A stretch of 64,000 bases of DNA, from contig OZ024764.1 of NCBI GenBank assembly GCA_964016885.1, positions 1,798,001 through 1,862,000 of the forward strand, given 5' to 3'. A program made the translations under genes and the position numbers. This DNA comes from Eledone cirrhosa. Lineage: Eukaryota. Under the pieces are notes generated by a model, which saw only the letters and a list, made by a program, of their open reading frames with translations, was not told the origin of the DNA and ran no database searches. This document shows positions 34,133-46,667 of this stretch, piece after piece; position 1 is the stretch's first letter; each line of letters starts with the position of its first letter.

Positions 34133-36570
34133 GTTTCTTTATCAGTCACAGGGGCACAAAAGAAGGGGACAAATACAAAGGGGGAAGTTTACATACAATA
34201 AAAACGCGTAAAATACTATTACAAATGCAATTTAAATAGGTAGGTAGGTAGGTAGGTAGATGGAAGGACAAATAGATAGACAGACAGACAGATAGATATT
34301 TCTTTATTTGCCACAAGGGTGCACCAGAAAAGGGGACAATACAAGGACATGCCGGGGATTTTACATACAGTCGTGTAAAAAATAAATTTTAAACAAACAA
34401 ATTCAACAATCGAAATCCCCAATAGACAGACAGATAGATAGATATATAGAGATAGATAGATAGACAGGTAGATATATATATATATAGAGATAGATAGACA
34501 AGTAGATATATATAGATAGATAGACAGGTAGATATATATATATAGAGATAGATAGACAGGTAGATAGATATATATATATAGACAGGCAGGTAGGTATATA
34601 TATAGAGATAGATAGACAGGTAGATATATATATAGAGATAGACAGACAGGTAGATAGATATATATAGATATATTTCTTTATTAGCCACAGGGGCACAAAA
34701 GAAGGGGACAAATACAAAGGGGGAAGTTTACATACAATAAAAACGTGTAAAATGTTATCACAGATGGAATTTAAAAGTTAGTCGATTTTCCCCAATAGAG
34801 GGAGACAGTTTATATGGGTAACACAGACCCCCGAAAAAAATGTGCAACCCTCATCTCCAGGAGTACGAAGAGCTTGTACTCCTTTCCTCTCCTCCTCCTT
34901 TTCTTCAACCTACAGGCTGATATAGAGAGAAGGCCCATTCACTCGGGCCATTCTCGCCACTTTCACCCACCTTTCATAAAACTTGCTGGGGTACAGCACC
35001 TCTCTCTCCATCCTGATTCTTCTTCCAAAGTGGTATTTGAAAAAAAGAATCAGTTGTATATAGATAGATAGGTAGACAGACAGGTAGATATATATATATA
35101 GAGATAGACAGGTAGATATATAGAGATAGATAGATAGACAGGTAGATATATATATATAGAGATAGATAGACAAGTAGATATATATAGATAGATAGATATA
35201 TATAGATAGATAGACAGGTAGATAGATATATATATAGATAGATAGACAGGTAGATAGATATATATAGATAGATAGACAGGTAGATATATATATATAGAGA
35301 TAGATAGACAAGTAGATATATATAGATAGATAGATATATATAGATAGATAGACAGGTAGATAGATATATATAGATAGATAGACAGGTAGATATATATATA
35401 TAGAGATAGATAGACAAGTAGATATATATAGATAGATAGATAGATATATATAGATAGATAGACAGGTAGATAGATATATATAGATAGATAGACAGGTAGA
35501 TAGATATATATAGAGATAGATAGACAGGTAGATAGATATATATAGAGATAGATAGACAGGTAGATAGATATATATAGAGATAGATAGACAGACAGGTAGA
35601 TAGATAGAGATAGATATGTTTCTTTATTAGCCACAGGGGCACAAAAGAAGGGGACAAATACAAAGGGGGAAGTTTACATACAATAAAAACGTGTAAAATG
35701 TTATCACAGATGGAATTTATAAAATTAGTCGATTTTCCCCAATAGGGGGAGACAGTTTATATGGGTAACACATACCCCCGAACAAATGTGCAACCCTCAT
35801 CTCCAGGAGTACGAAGAGTTTGTACTCCTTTCCTCTCCTCCTCCTTTTCCTCAACCTACAGGCTGATATAGAGATAGATAGATAGATAGACACAGATATA
35901 TAGATATAGATAGACAGACAGGTAGATATATATAGATATAGATAGACAGACAGGTAGATATATATAGATATAGATAGATAGACAGGTAGATATATATATA
36001 TAGATAGATAGATATATTTCTTTATTAGCCACAGGGGCACAAAAGAAGGGGACAAATACAAAGGGGGAAGTTTACATACAATAAAAACGTGTAAAATGTT
36101 ATCACAAATGGAATTTAAAAAGTTAGTCGATTTTCCCCAATAGAGGGAGACATAGATAGATAGATAGATATGTAGACAGATAAATAGACTGATAAATAGG
36201 TAGATAGATAGACAGACAGATAGATATATTTCTTTATTTGCCACAAGGGTGCACAAGAAAAGGGGACAATACAAAGACACATGCCGGGGATTTTACATAC
36301 AGTCGTGTAAAAATATTATTAAAACAAACAATTATAACAATTGAAATCCCCAATAGAGGGGAGGTGCCACAAATGGGTTGTTTAATACCCCGTAGATAGA
36401 ACAACCCTCAACTCCAGGAGCGTGTTGTGCAAGTGCTCCTTTCTTCCTTTTGCTCTCTTCCTCAACCTACAGGTTTATATACAGAGAAGGCCCAATCACT
36501 CGGGCCATTTTTGCTACATTTACCCACCTTTCAGTAAATTTACTGGGGTGCAGTGCCTCTCTCTCCACTC
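34133..36570 (-). mobile_element. Cluster of six 3' fragments of L1/Tx1-like LINEs embedded in (GATA)n
   Basis: Copies at ~34133-34238, 34295-34424, 34670-35056, 35617-35868, 36013-36150 and 36226-36570 share the 3' end gtggc(t/a)aataaagaaat; ORF2-like C-terminus FFKYHFGRRIRMEREVLYPSKFYERW. Confidence 0.7.
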
Positions 36571-36661
36571 TAAAGTGGGACCTAAAGAAGGGAATGGGTT
36601 GATAGGTAGGTAGATAAAAAGACAAATAAGTAGGTAGATAGGTAAATAGGTAGGTAGGTAT

Positions 36662-37151
36662 ATAGAGAGAGAGAAAGGCAGAGACAGTGAAAGAGAGAGA
36701 GAGAGAGAAAGGTGTGAGAGAGACAGTGAAAGAGAGAGAGAGAGAGAGAAAGGTGTGAGAGAGACAGTGAAAGAGAGAGAGAAAGGTGTGAGAGAGACAG
36801 TGAAAGAGAGAGAGAGAAAGGTGTGAGAGAGAGAGAGAAAGGTGTGAGAGAGAGAGAGAGAGAGAGAGAAAGGTGTGAGAGAGACTGAAAGAGTGAGAGA
36901 GACAGTGAAAGAGAGAGAGGGAGTGTGTGTGAGAGAGACAGTGAAAGAGAGAGAGAGAGAAAGGTGTGAGAGAGAGAGAGAAAGGTGTGAGAGAGACAGT
37001 GAAAGAGAGAGAGAGAAAGGTGTGAGAGAGAGAGAGAAAGGTGTGAGAGAGACAGTGAAAGAGAGAGTGTGAGAGAGAGAGGGAGTGTGTGTGAGAGAGA
37101 AAGGTGTTTGATAAGCTCCTATCATCTTACATACCTCCATTTCATCTCCCT

Positions 37152-37182
<31 letters not shown>

Positions 37183-37905
37183 AGTGGGAGAGTGGGAGAG
37201 GTGTTGGTTCAGTGAAGCGTTCAAATACTGCTACCACCTTACACACTTCTCCTGTTACTTCCACTCCTCTTTATTGCCGGGGTGACAAAGAGAGAGAGAG
37301 TGGAGCGACAGACAAACAGGGAGAGAGAGAGAGAGATAAAGTGCAAGAGTGGTGGGAGGGGGGGGGGGGCAGAGTGACAAAGAGGGAGAGATTGTAGATT
37401 GTAGAGAGACTAAGAGAGGGAGAAGGTGAGATAATAGAGAGACTAAGAGAGAGAGAGAGAGTGAGATAGATAGATAGAGAGACTGAGAGAGAGAGGGTGA
37501 GATAGATAGATAGAGAGACTGAGAGAGAGAGACTAAGAGAGGGAGGGTGAGGTAGATAGATAGAGAGACTGAGAGAGAGAGAGGGAGAGAGAGACTAAGA
37601 GAGGGAGGGTGAGATAGATAGATAGAGAGACTGAGAGAGACGGTGAGATAGATAGATAGAGAGACTGAGAGAGAGGGTGAGATAATAGAGAGACTAAGAG
37701 AGAGAGAGAGAGATAGATAGATAGAGAGACTGAGAGAGAGAGATAGATAGAGAGAGAGACTAAGAGAGGGAGAGATAGATAGAGAGACTAAGAGGGAGAG
37801 GGAGAGAGAGAGATAGAGAGACTAAGAGAGAGAGGGAGAGAGAGATAGATAGAGAGACTGAGAGAGAGAGGGAGAGAGACTGAGAGAGAGAGGGAGAGAC
37901 AGAGA
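36662..37905. repeat. (GA)n-based minisatellites
   Basis: Direct; units aaaggtgtgagagagacagtg and gagagactaagaga. Confidence 0.85.
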
Positions 37906-38009
37906 TATGCAGACAGATGTTAGTTCAGTGAAGCAGTCATAGATGGCAGTAGCAGTAGTAGTAGCAGGATTTGGAAAGCAGCAACATTATGGGTAACCCA
38001 TAGAGGCTT

Positions 38010-39360
38010 ACCACCACCACCATAACCTCCACCACCACCACCACCACCACCACCACTACCAGTCCACCACTACCACTACCATCACTACCACCCCCACCAC
38101 CACTACCACCGCCACCACCATAACCAACACCACCGCCATCACTTAAACCACCACCACCATCAGCACCACTACCACCACTACCACCACACCATCACTACCA
38201 CTACCACCACACCACCACCACCACTACCACCACACCACCACCACCATCACCACCACCATAACCTCCATCACCCTCACCACCGCCACCGCCATCATTAAAC
38301 CACCACCACCACCACACCACCACTACCACCACCACCACCACACCACCACTACCACCACACCACCACCACCACTACCGCCACACCACCACCACCACACCAC
38401 CACCACAACCACCACCGCCACACCACCACCACCACACTACCACCACCGCCACACCACCACCACTACCGCCACACCACCACCATCACCACCACCACCACCA
38501 CACCACCACCACCGCCACACCACCACCACCACACCACCACCATGTTATGTTCCAATAATGTTGTTGTCACCAGCAAGGACTGTTACGACTGTTCCAGTTT
38601 GTTGATTTGTCATCTTACAGGTGAGATATTTTACTGTTGATGATGGTGTTGATGTTGTTGTTGTTGTTGTTGTTAGTGATGGTGGTGGTGGTGGTGGTGG
38701 TGTTAGCGATGATGGTGTTGATGTTGTTGTTGTTGTTGTTGTTAGTGATGGTGGTGGTGGTGGTGGTGGTGTTAGCGATGGTGGTGGTGATGTTGGTGTT
38801 GTTAGTGATGGTGGTGGTGTTGTTAGTGATGGTGGTGATGATGGTGGTGGTGGTGATGGTGGTGATGGTGGTGGTGTTGTTAGTGATGGTGGTGGTGGTC
38901 TTGTTAGTGGTGGTGGTGGTGGTGGTGTTGTTAGTGATGGTGGTGGTGGTGGTGGTGTTAGTGATGGTGGTGGTGGTGGTGTTGTTAGTGATGGTGGTGG
39001 TGGTGGTGGTGTTGTAGTTAGTGATGGTGGTGGTGTTGATAGTGATGGTGGTGGTGATGGTGGTGGTGGTGATGGGGATGATGGTTACGGTGGTGTAGGT
39101 GATAGTAGTAGTAGTAGTAGTAGTGGTGGTGATGGTCGTTGTTGTGATGGTTGTGGTGATGCTGATGGTATTGTTAGTGGTGGCAAGTAGTGTTGTGATG
39201 GTTGTGGTGATGCTGATGGTGGTGTCTGTGTCATTAGAGGTGATGATGTGGGTGGTATTAGTGATGATGATGATGTTGATGATGGTGGTGGTGGTAGTAG
39301 TGGTGTTTGTGATGGTGTTGGTAGTATCATTACTGATGTCAATGGTGATGATGATGATGA
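38010..39360. repeat. (CAC)n tract (38010-38542) followed by (GGT/GAT)n tract (38640-39360)
   Basis: Direct. Confidence 0.9.
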
Positions 39361-39517
39361 AAGTGATGCTGTGTCAAACACATTTCACTCCCCCACCCAC
39401 ACACAACTGTGATTTACTGAATTACGCTAAAACATAGAAGCTTATGTGGTATTGACAGATGTACTACTACATACCACAATACCTGTCTTGTAATCCTCGT
39501 TACAGGTGAAATGATTT

Positions 39518-40195
39518 AACACTTTAACCCTTTCCTTACCATATTTCTAATGAAAGACACTGTTGGTGTTTGGAACATAACTTAACAAAGGTTCTTACAT
39601 AAAATTATGATAGAAGATTTTTAGATAAATATAAACACTTTAACCCTTTCATTACCATATTTCTAATGAAAGACACTGTTGGTGTTTGGAACATAACTTA
39701 ACAAAGGTTCTTGCATAAAATTATGATGGAAGGTTTTTAGATAAATATAAACACTTTAACCCTTTCATTACCATATTTCTAATGAAAGACACTGTTGGTG
39801 TTTGGAACATAACTTAACAAAGGTTCTTACATAAAATTAAGATGGAAGGTTTTTAGATAAATATAAACACTTTAACCCTTTCATCACCATATTTCTAATG
39901 AAAGACACTGTTGGTGTTTGGAACATAACTTAACAAAGGTTCTTACATAAAATTATGATGGAAGGTTTTTAGATAAATATAAACACTTTAACCCTTTCAT
40001 CACCATATTTCTAATGAAAGACACTGTTGGTGTTTGGAACATAACTTAACAAAGTTTTTTACATAAAATTATAATGGAAGGTTTTTAGATAAATATAAAC
40101 ACTTTAACCGTTTCATTACCATATTTCTAATGAAAGACACTGTTGGTGTTTGGAACATAACGTAACAAAGGTTCTTACATAAAACTTTAAACCTT
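39518..40195. repeat. 116-bp tandem repeat, ~6 copies
   Basis: cactttaaccc at 39520, 39636, 39752, 39868... Confidence 0.95.
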
Positions 40196-40303
40196 TTATT
40201 AAAGGTTTGTATTTTGTAATATCTAAAATGACTTTCTACCCCGCACAATAATTAGTTATGTATCTATGTGTATATCTATCTACTTCTCTCTCTCTCTCTC
40301 TCT

Positions 40304-40344
<41 letters not shown>

Positions 40345-40696
40345 CTGTCTGTCCATCTATCTGTTTATCTATCTATCCATCTATATATGTCATATATATG
40401 TGCGTGTGTGTATATATATATATGTATGTGTGTGTATATGTGTGTGTATATGTATGTATATGTGTGTGTGTATATGTATGTGTGTGTGTATATATATGTA
40501 TATATATATGTATGTGTGTGTATATATGTATGTATATGTGTGTGTGCGTGTATATGTATATATATATATATATTTATTTACGTATAGCACGGAGCATATG
40601 TACATAAACACACATGCACAGTGTTGTATTATGACAGTATTGTGTTAGCTCAATGTACAGGAACACAGCCGTTATATGCAAAAGAAACCAAAGAAC

Positions 40697-40795
40697 GCTT
40701 ACATACTCAAACAGTTTTTATTTGCTTACAATGTTTCATCCATACCGTTTGGCAGGAATCATCAGAGCCTAGTAAACACAGTGCTGAGTATAAGC
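40697..40795 (-). ncRNA. Type I hammerhead ribozyme
   Basis: gct-CTGATGA-t-TCC-TGCC-aaac-GGTA-t-GGA-t-GAAAC-att-GTA-agc; long interrupted stem I. Confidence 0.85.
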
Positions 40796-40829
40796 TCTTC
40801 CGTTTGTTCGTGTGACTAAGCCTGGTCGA

Positions 40830-40928
40830 GCTTATACTCAGCACTGTGTTTATTAAGCTCTGAGGATTCCCACCAAACGGTATGGATGAAACATTGTAAG
40901 CAAATAAAAACTGTTTGAGTATGTAAGC
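40830..40928 (+). ncRNA. Type I hammerhead ribozyme
   Basis: Core CTGAGGA 40860-40866; GAAAC-att-GTA, cleavage after A40898; stem I gct/agc extended by tttatt/aataaa, atactca/tgagtat, gctta/taagc. Confidence 0.85.
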
Positions 40929-40983
40929 GTTCTTTGGTTTCTTTTGCATATAACGGCTGTGTTCCTATATATATATATATATA

Positions 40984-41362
40984 GGCACATGGTTTAGTGG
41001 TTAGAGCATTGGCCTTGCAATCGAAAGGTTGTGAGTTCAATTCTCAGACCGGGTGATGTGTTGTTTCCTTGAGCAAGACACTTTATTTCACATTGTTCCA
41101 GTTTACTCAGCTGTAGAAATGAGATGATAGAGACTGGGGTCCCTATCATTCCACTGCAAAATGGTCGTGGAGGGGCCACGGAAAAAAAGCACCCAGCCTA
41201 CACTGTAAAGTGGTCGTGGAGGGGCCACAGAAAAAAAGCACCCAGCACTCACTGTAAATGAGGTTGGTGTTAGGAAGGGCATCCAGTTGTAGAAATCAAG
41301 CCAGAATCAGTTCGTGTCCCACCCTTGCAAGCAGGGAAAAGCGGACGTAAAATGATGATGAT
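40984..41362 (+). mobile_element. Full-length tRNA-derived SINE with duplicated internal ~46-bp module
   Basis: Matches the 9725 SINE. Confidence 0.9.
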
Positions 41363-41364
41363 AT

Positions 41365-41800
41365 ATATTTGTGTGTCTATATATATATGTGTGTGTGTAT
41401 ATATATATATATATATTATTTATGAATTCAAAATATGAAAGAAAAATTTGAGAAAAAATAAAGTCATCTTGTGTGTGCATGTACGTGTGTATATTTATAT
41501 GTGTGCGTATGTGTGTGTAAGTGCGTGGGTGTATGTGTGTGTATGTACGTGTTTATATATATATGTGTATGCGTATGTATGTTTGTGTATGTATGTATGT
41601 GTGTGCGTGTTTATGTATGAATGGATGTTTCTGTGTGTGTGTATGTATATATATAAATGTGTGTCTGTATATATGCGTGTGTATGTGTGGGTCTATGTAT
41701 ATATATATATATATGTGTGTGTGGGAGTATGTATATGTGTGTATGCATATGTTTATATATATTTGTGTCTGTATAAATATATATACGTGTCTATGTGTGG

Positions 41801-41832
<32 letters not shown>

Positions 41833-42585
41833 GTGTGTATATATATATATACATAAATGTGTGTGTGTATATATATATATGTATGTGTGGTATATATATA
41901 TATATATATGTATAAAAGTGTGCATATAGGTATGTATGTGTGGTATATATATATGTATAAAGTGTGTATATAGGTATGTATGTGTGGTATATATATATGT
42001 GTCTGTATATATATATATAAACGTGTGTATATACGTAAATGTCATATTATGTTGTTTCCTTTAATGTTTTTAATACTTTTTTGGTGAATATATAACACTG
42101 CAGTCTACTGGGATATATACACACACTGTCTATATATATCTTTGTATATATATATATATACACACACACTGTTTATATATATATATGTGTGTTTGTGTGT
42201 GTGTTTGTATATATATAATCATCATCATTTTACGTCCGCATTTATGTACATAATATAAATATATATATACATATATGCATATATAATATACATAAATATA
42301 TATATGTATATATATATATATATGCATAAATATATATATTTATATATTTATGCATATATATATATATATATATATATGCATAAATATATATATTTATATA
42401 TTTATGCATATATATATATATATATATATATACATAAATATATATATATATATACATAAATATATATATATATATACATAAATATATATATATATATACA
42501 TAAATATATATATATATATGCATAAATATATATATATATATGCATAAATATATATATATATACATAAATATATATATATATATAC

Positions 42586-42636
<51 letters not shown>

Positions 42637-42641
42637 CATAA

Positions 42642-42672
<31 letters not shown>

Positions 42673-42790
42673 CATAAATATATACATAAACCTAAATAAA
42701 TAAAAATATATATATATATTTATACACACACATACATATATATATATATTTACGTACACACACACACATATATATATATATACACACACT
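41365..42790. repeat. Mixed (TA)n/(TG)n low-complexity region
   Basis: Direct. Confidence 0.85.
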
Positions 42791-42943
42791 ATAATACAAA
42801 AGCCCCCACCAATGATAGAAACACTGCGACAATAAAAGTAAATGTAATGAGAACAGTGGAGGAGGCTGCAGTACTAGTTATTGTAGGAAGACAGCGTAGG
42901 TTTGATGGGTCTGCCTTGATTGGCTGCCTCTGTAGTGTTGGTG

Positions 42944-43011
<68 letters not shown>

Positions 43012-43141
43012 GCAAAAGTCCTATTTAAATTGTTGGGATACAACAAGCAAATATTTTTATAACTGATATAAAGCACTCAACAAATATTTGGAGTAAAAAT
43101 ACGATATTAACAAATGGAAACTGTATTTATAAAACCATATT

Positions 43142-43206
43142 TATTTCATTATACATATTTCAAGGACACCAAGTTAAATTGTGGTGTGCTTTCATCAGAT
43201 AAAATA
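43142..43206 (-). ncRNA. Type I hammerhead ribozyme
   Basis: Stem I TATTTTAT/ATGAAATA; CTGATGA (plus tcatcag 43192-43198); stem II AAG-c-ACACCA...TGGTGT-c-CTT; GAAATA-tg-TATA; AUA site. Confidence 0.8.
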
Positions 43207-43284
43207 TAATATAGAGCAGTTTTATAGATAAATATTGACATACCCTTAAAGAATGCGACCATTACTGTTGGAAGCTCCCGGATA

Positions 43285-43340
<56 letters not shown>

Positions 43341-43345
<5 letters not shown>

Positions 43346-43749
43346 AATAAGGGCGCTGCGGAGTTGCAAATGGGTTACATATGAAAAAAGTTTGTCCTTC
43401 ATCGGTGGTCTTCCAACCATCATAGGCATTTCATCGCTTTAAAGACCATATACCTCCGGTTGGTGCGAGCAACGGCTAAAAAAAAGTCGTTGGGACACGT
43501 AAATAAAGGGGACGCGAGTGTAAACAAACAAAATGGTGAAGCAACAGAAAGTGAGAACGAAGGAGATGTGGTAAGGAACCAGATGGACCATAACCCACCA
43601 GAGTACTCAATACTTAGGGTAGTAGAGTGGTTAATAGGAAAAAGTATGACCCCGACGGCAGAGCTCAAGCCGTTTCGACGGCTATTTCTGAATCCAGAAA
43701 TAGCCGTCGAAACGGCTTGACTTCTGCCGTCGGGTCATACTTTTTCCTA
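43341..43749. mobile_element. Family-A element, long diverged copy (minus 43690-43341) with inverted arm 43695-43749
   Basis: Homology to 84-460 and 44762-44994. Confidence 0.75.
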
Positions 43750-43920
43750 TATATATAGAGAATATTTTAGTATCGTGATAGAGTAGAGGTTTAAAGGGAT
43801 AAGCGATACATATAGTTAGTTGCCAAAAGCTGGTGCATTTGTGCTCAATACTTGTGGCTACAGGGTTAAATATCGGAAGCGTTAATATTTAGCGGGCGAG
43901 AATCTAAGCAGAGCAGTTAC

Positions 43921-44030
43921 AAATGAAAGGATTACAAAGGAGAATACAGACTGTTAGAACATGTTTTACAAAAGCACCATGTATAAACATGTTCTAATAG
44001 TCTCTATTCTCCTTTGTAACCCTTTCATTT
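43921..44030. repeat. Inverted repeat (arms ~43921-43966 / 43985-44030)
   Basis: aaatgaaaggattacaaaggagaatacagactgttagaacatgttt versus its near-reverse complement. Confidence 0.8.
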
Positions 44031-44052
44031 ATAAATATTTTTATATATATTT

Positions 44053-44313
44053 GATGTGTTGTTTCCTTGAGCAAGACACTTTATTTCACATTGCTCCAGT
44101 TTACTCAGCTGTAGAAATGAGATGATAGGGACTGGGGTCCCTATCATTCCACTGCAAAGTGGTCGTGGAGGTGCCACGGCAAAAAAGCACCCAGCACTCA
44201 CTGTAAATGAGGTTGGTGTTAGGAAGGGCATCCAGCTGTAGAAATCAAGCCAGAATCAGTTCCTGTCCCACCCTTGCAAGCAGGGAAAAAGCGGACGTAA
44301 AATGAAATGATGA
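44053..44313 (+). mobile_element. 5'-truncated SINE
   Basis: Matches the 9725 SINE. Confidence 0.9.
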
Positions 44314-44329
44314 TATATACATATATATA

Positions 44330-44707
44330 TGGGATAACATGGTATCGTTCAAGGTAATCCAGTTAGAGGTTGTGAGTACTCTGTACTATGGATAGTTTTA
44401 ACGTACGGTGTTGTTTGACTCAACAAGAGGTTTCCTTAGTTAGGTAGCGAGTTTACGAGAATTCTCATGCAGGTGATTCTTGGAGTAATAATAGTGAAAG
44501 AGTGAAGAATAACATGGTCGGCTGCTGTACTAAAAGGGTTTTATTTACAGTATTAACAATTGTTTCATTGATCGGGTGAGTCTAATGGCCGCTAATCACT
44601 CGACCTTAAATACAGTGTGTCTCTGATCAAATCATCGGAATGCAATTGTTAATGCTGTAAATAAAACCCTTTTTGTACAGCCGACCATGTTATTCTTCAC
44701 TCTTTCA

Positions 44708-44710
<3 letters not shown>
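44330..44710. mobile_element. HHR-bearing element with inverted arms 44492-44562 / 44643-44710
   Basis: Inverted duplication; TA-flanked; HHR on minus. Confidence 0.7.
44550..44643 (-). ncRNA. Type I hammerhead-like fold with U4C core and large stem II insertion
   Basis: gcatt-CCGATGA-t-TTGATC-[~51 nt]-GATCAA-t-GAAAC-AATT-GTT-aatac (aatgc in the other arm). Confidence 0.7.
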
Positions 44711-44761
<51 letters not shown>

Positions 44762-44765
<4 letters not shown>

Positions 44766-44994
44766 AACGAGTAGGACCCCGATGGCTGAGCTCAAGCCGT
44801 TTCGATGGCTAATTCTGTACTAAAAAAAAATTTTTTTTTAAAAGTCCAGAATTAGCCGTCGAAACGGCTTGAGCTCAGCCGTCGGGGTCCTACTCGTTCC
44901 TATTACCCACTCTACTACCCTAAGTATTGAGTACTTTGGTGCATTATGGTCCACCTGGTTCCTTACCACATTTCCTCCGTTATCTATATATATA
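44762..44994. mobile_element. Family-A element, inverted pair with A/T spacer
   Basis: Minus arm 44762-44820; plus copy 44844-44994 with GAAAC 44861 and GTC 44881-44883. Confidence 0.75.
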
Positions 44995-45043
44995 TATATA
45001 CGTGGGAAAGTAAGAAATCGGAGAATAGACCGTTAAAACATGT

Positions 45044-45103
45044 TTATTTAAAACAGCACCTACGTACGTTTCGCCCAGCTGGGCTTCTCAAGGGCATAAA
45101 TAA
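45044..45103 (-). ncRNA. Type I hammerhead ribozyme with U3-A8 core
   Basis: gccc-TTGAGAA-GCCC-agct-GGGC-GAAAC-GTAC-GTA-ggtgc; distal ttattta/taaataa. Confidence 0.75.
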
Positions 45104-45428
45104 TCAAAAGTGTTCCTTACATTGCTCGGAAAGAGTTTATGGGGTTAAATCCACGTCAATACTGTATATATATATATATATCAAGGGCGGTGCCCCAGCA
45201 TGGCCTCAGCCGGATGGCTGAAACAGGTAAAAGAGTATACACAACAGAGAACGAAGGACAGCCTCGGACAGAAATATGAACTCTCCTCTCTAAATATGTT
45301 TGTAAAAACTAATAATATTTCTTCCCCTTTTTATTATTCCTATAAATATGCAACACAACTACATTCTACGTATCTGCCATTGACAAAGCATATAATGCTG
45401 AAACTGGTACCATTATTAAATGGGAAAG

Positions 45429-45619
45429 AGGGCGGTGGATTGGCAGTATCGGTAGAGGGTCGGACGCCATGTTTTGACGCATGGAGTTACGGCCCTTTAC
45501 GTTCTGAGTTCAAATCCCGCCGAGGTTAGCTTTGCCTTTCATCCTTACCGGGTCGATAAAATAAAGTACCAGTAATGCACTGGGTAATTGCTGGCCTTGT
45601 GCCAAAAGTAGAAAGAATT
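45429..45619 (+). mobile_element. tRNA-derived SINE, second family
   Basis: gggcggtggattggcagtatcggtag head, B box gagttcaaatccc, Nin-like body. Confidence 0.8.
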
Positions 45620-45882
45620 ATTAAATGTGGAAATATCGACTTTATAAATAAATGTTTTGATATTATACTGAAAGAATCTCTTCAGCATTTTCTACTGAAA
45701 AAATCTTTTTCCTCTCTACTATTTGTTTATATATATATATCAACACGTGTGTTACTTTTCTACATTCCATATATATATGTATATATATGGAATGTAGAAA
45801 AGTAACACACGTGTTGATATATATATATATTTATTTATAAAGTGGATATTTCCACATTTAATAATTCTTTCTACTTTTGGCA
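45600..45882. repeat. Nested inverted repeats (outer 45600-45653 / 45829-45882; inner palindrome ~45729-45827)
   Basis: Direct reverse-complement matches. Confidence 0.85.
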
Positions 45883-46023
45883 TGTATATATATATGTATA
45901 TATATGGCATGCATATATATATGTATATATGTATATGTATATATATATATGTATATGTATATATATATATGTATATGTATATATATATATGTATATGTAT
46001 ATATATATGTATATATATATATG

Positions 46024-46198
<175 letters not shown>

Positions 46199-46201
46199 GT
46201 A

Positions 46202-46405
46202 TATAGAGAAAATTGAGGTTGGTAATGGCACATGGAATATATAAGAGACAGAATACTTTTTTGTGAAAAAACATAATTTTATAAGGTAAGGAAATAATAA
46301 AACCCTTTATTATTTCCTTACCTTATAAAATTATGTTTTTTCACAAAAAAGTATTCTGTCTCTTATATATTCCATGTGCCATTACCAACCTCAATTTTCT
46401 CTATA
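46202..46405. repeat. Palindrome with 100-bp arms and a 4-bp spacer
   Basis: 46202-46301 versus 46306-46405. Confidence 0.95.
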
Positions 46406-46444
46406 ACCTTCGTTTTGTGTAGAAAATTACACTTTTCATATATG

Positions 46445-46589
<145 letters not shown>

Positions 46590-46590
46590 G

Positions 46591-46660
<70 letters not shown>

Positions 46661-46667
<7 letters not shown>

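Larger units (their letters stand above)
40659..40966. mobile_element. HHR-bearing element as head-to-head inverted pair (arms 40659-40797, 40828-40966)
   Basis: 139-bp inverted arms, each with a complete HHR. Confidence 0.8.

Noticed and set aside
43395-43412. CCGATGA on minus as the missing 5' half of the family-A hammerhead
   Set aside because: Adjacent bases do not pair convincingly with the stem I/II partners
46401-46442. Decayed hammerhead on minus (aTGAAAA-GTGTA..TACAC-AAAAC-gaag-GTT)
   Set aside because: Two core mismatches, trivial stem I, and polarity opposite to all other inverted pairs; not counted
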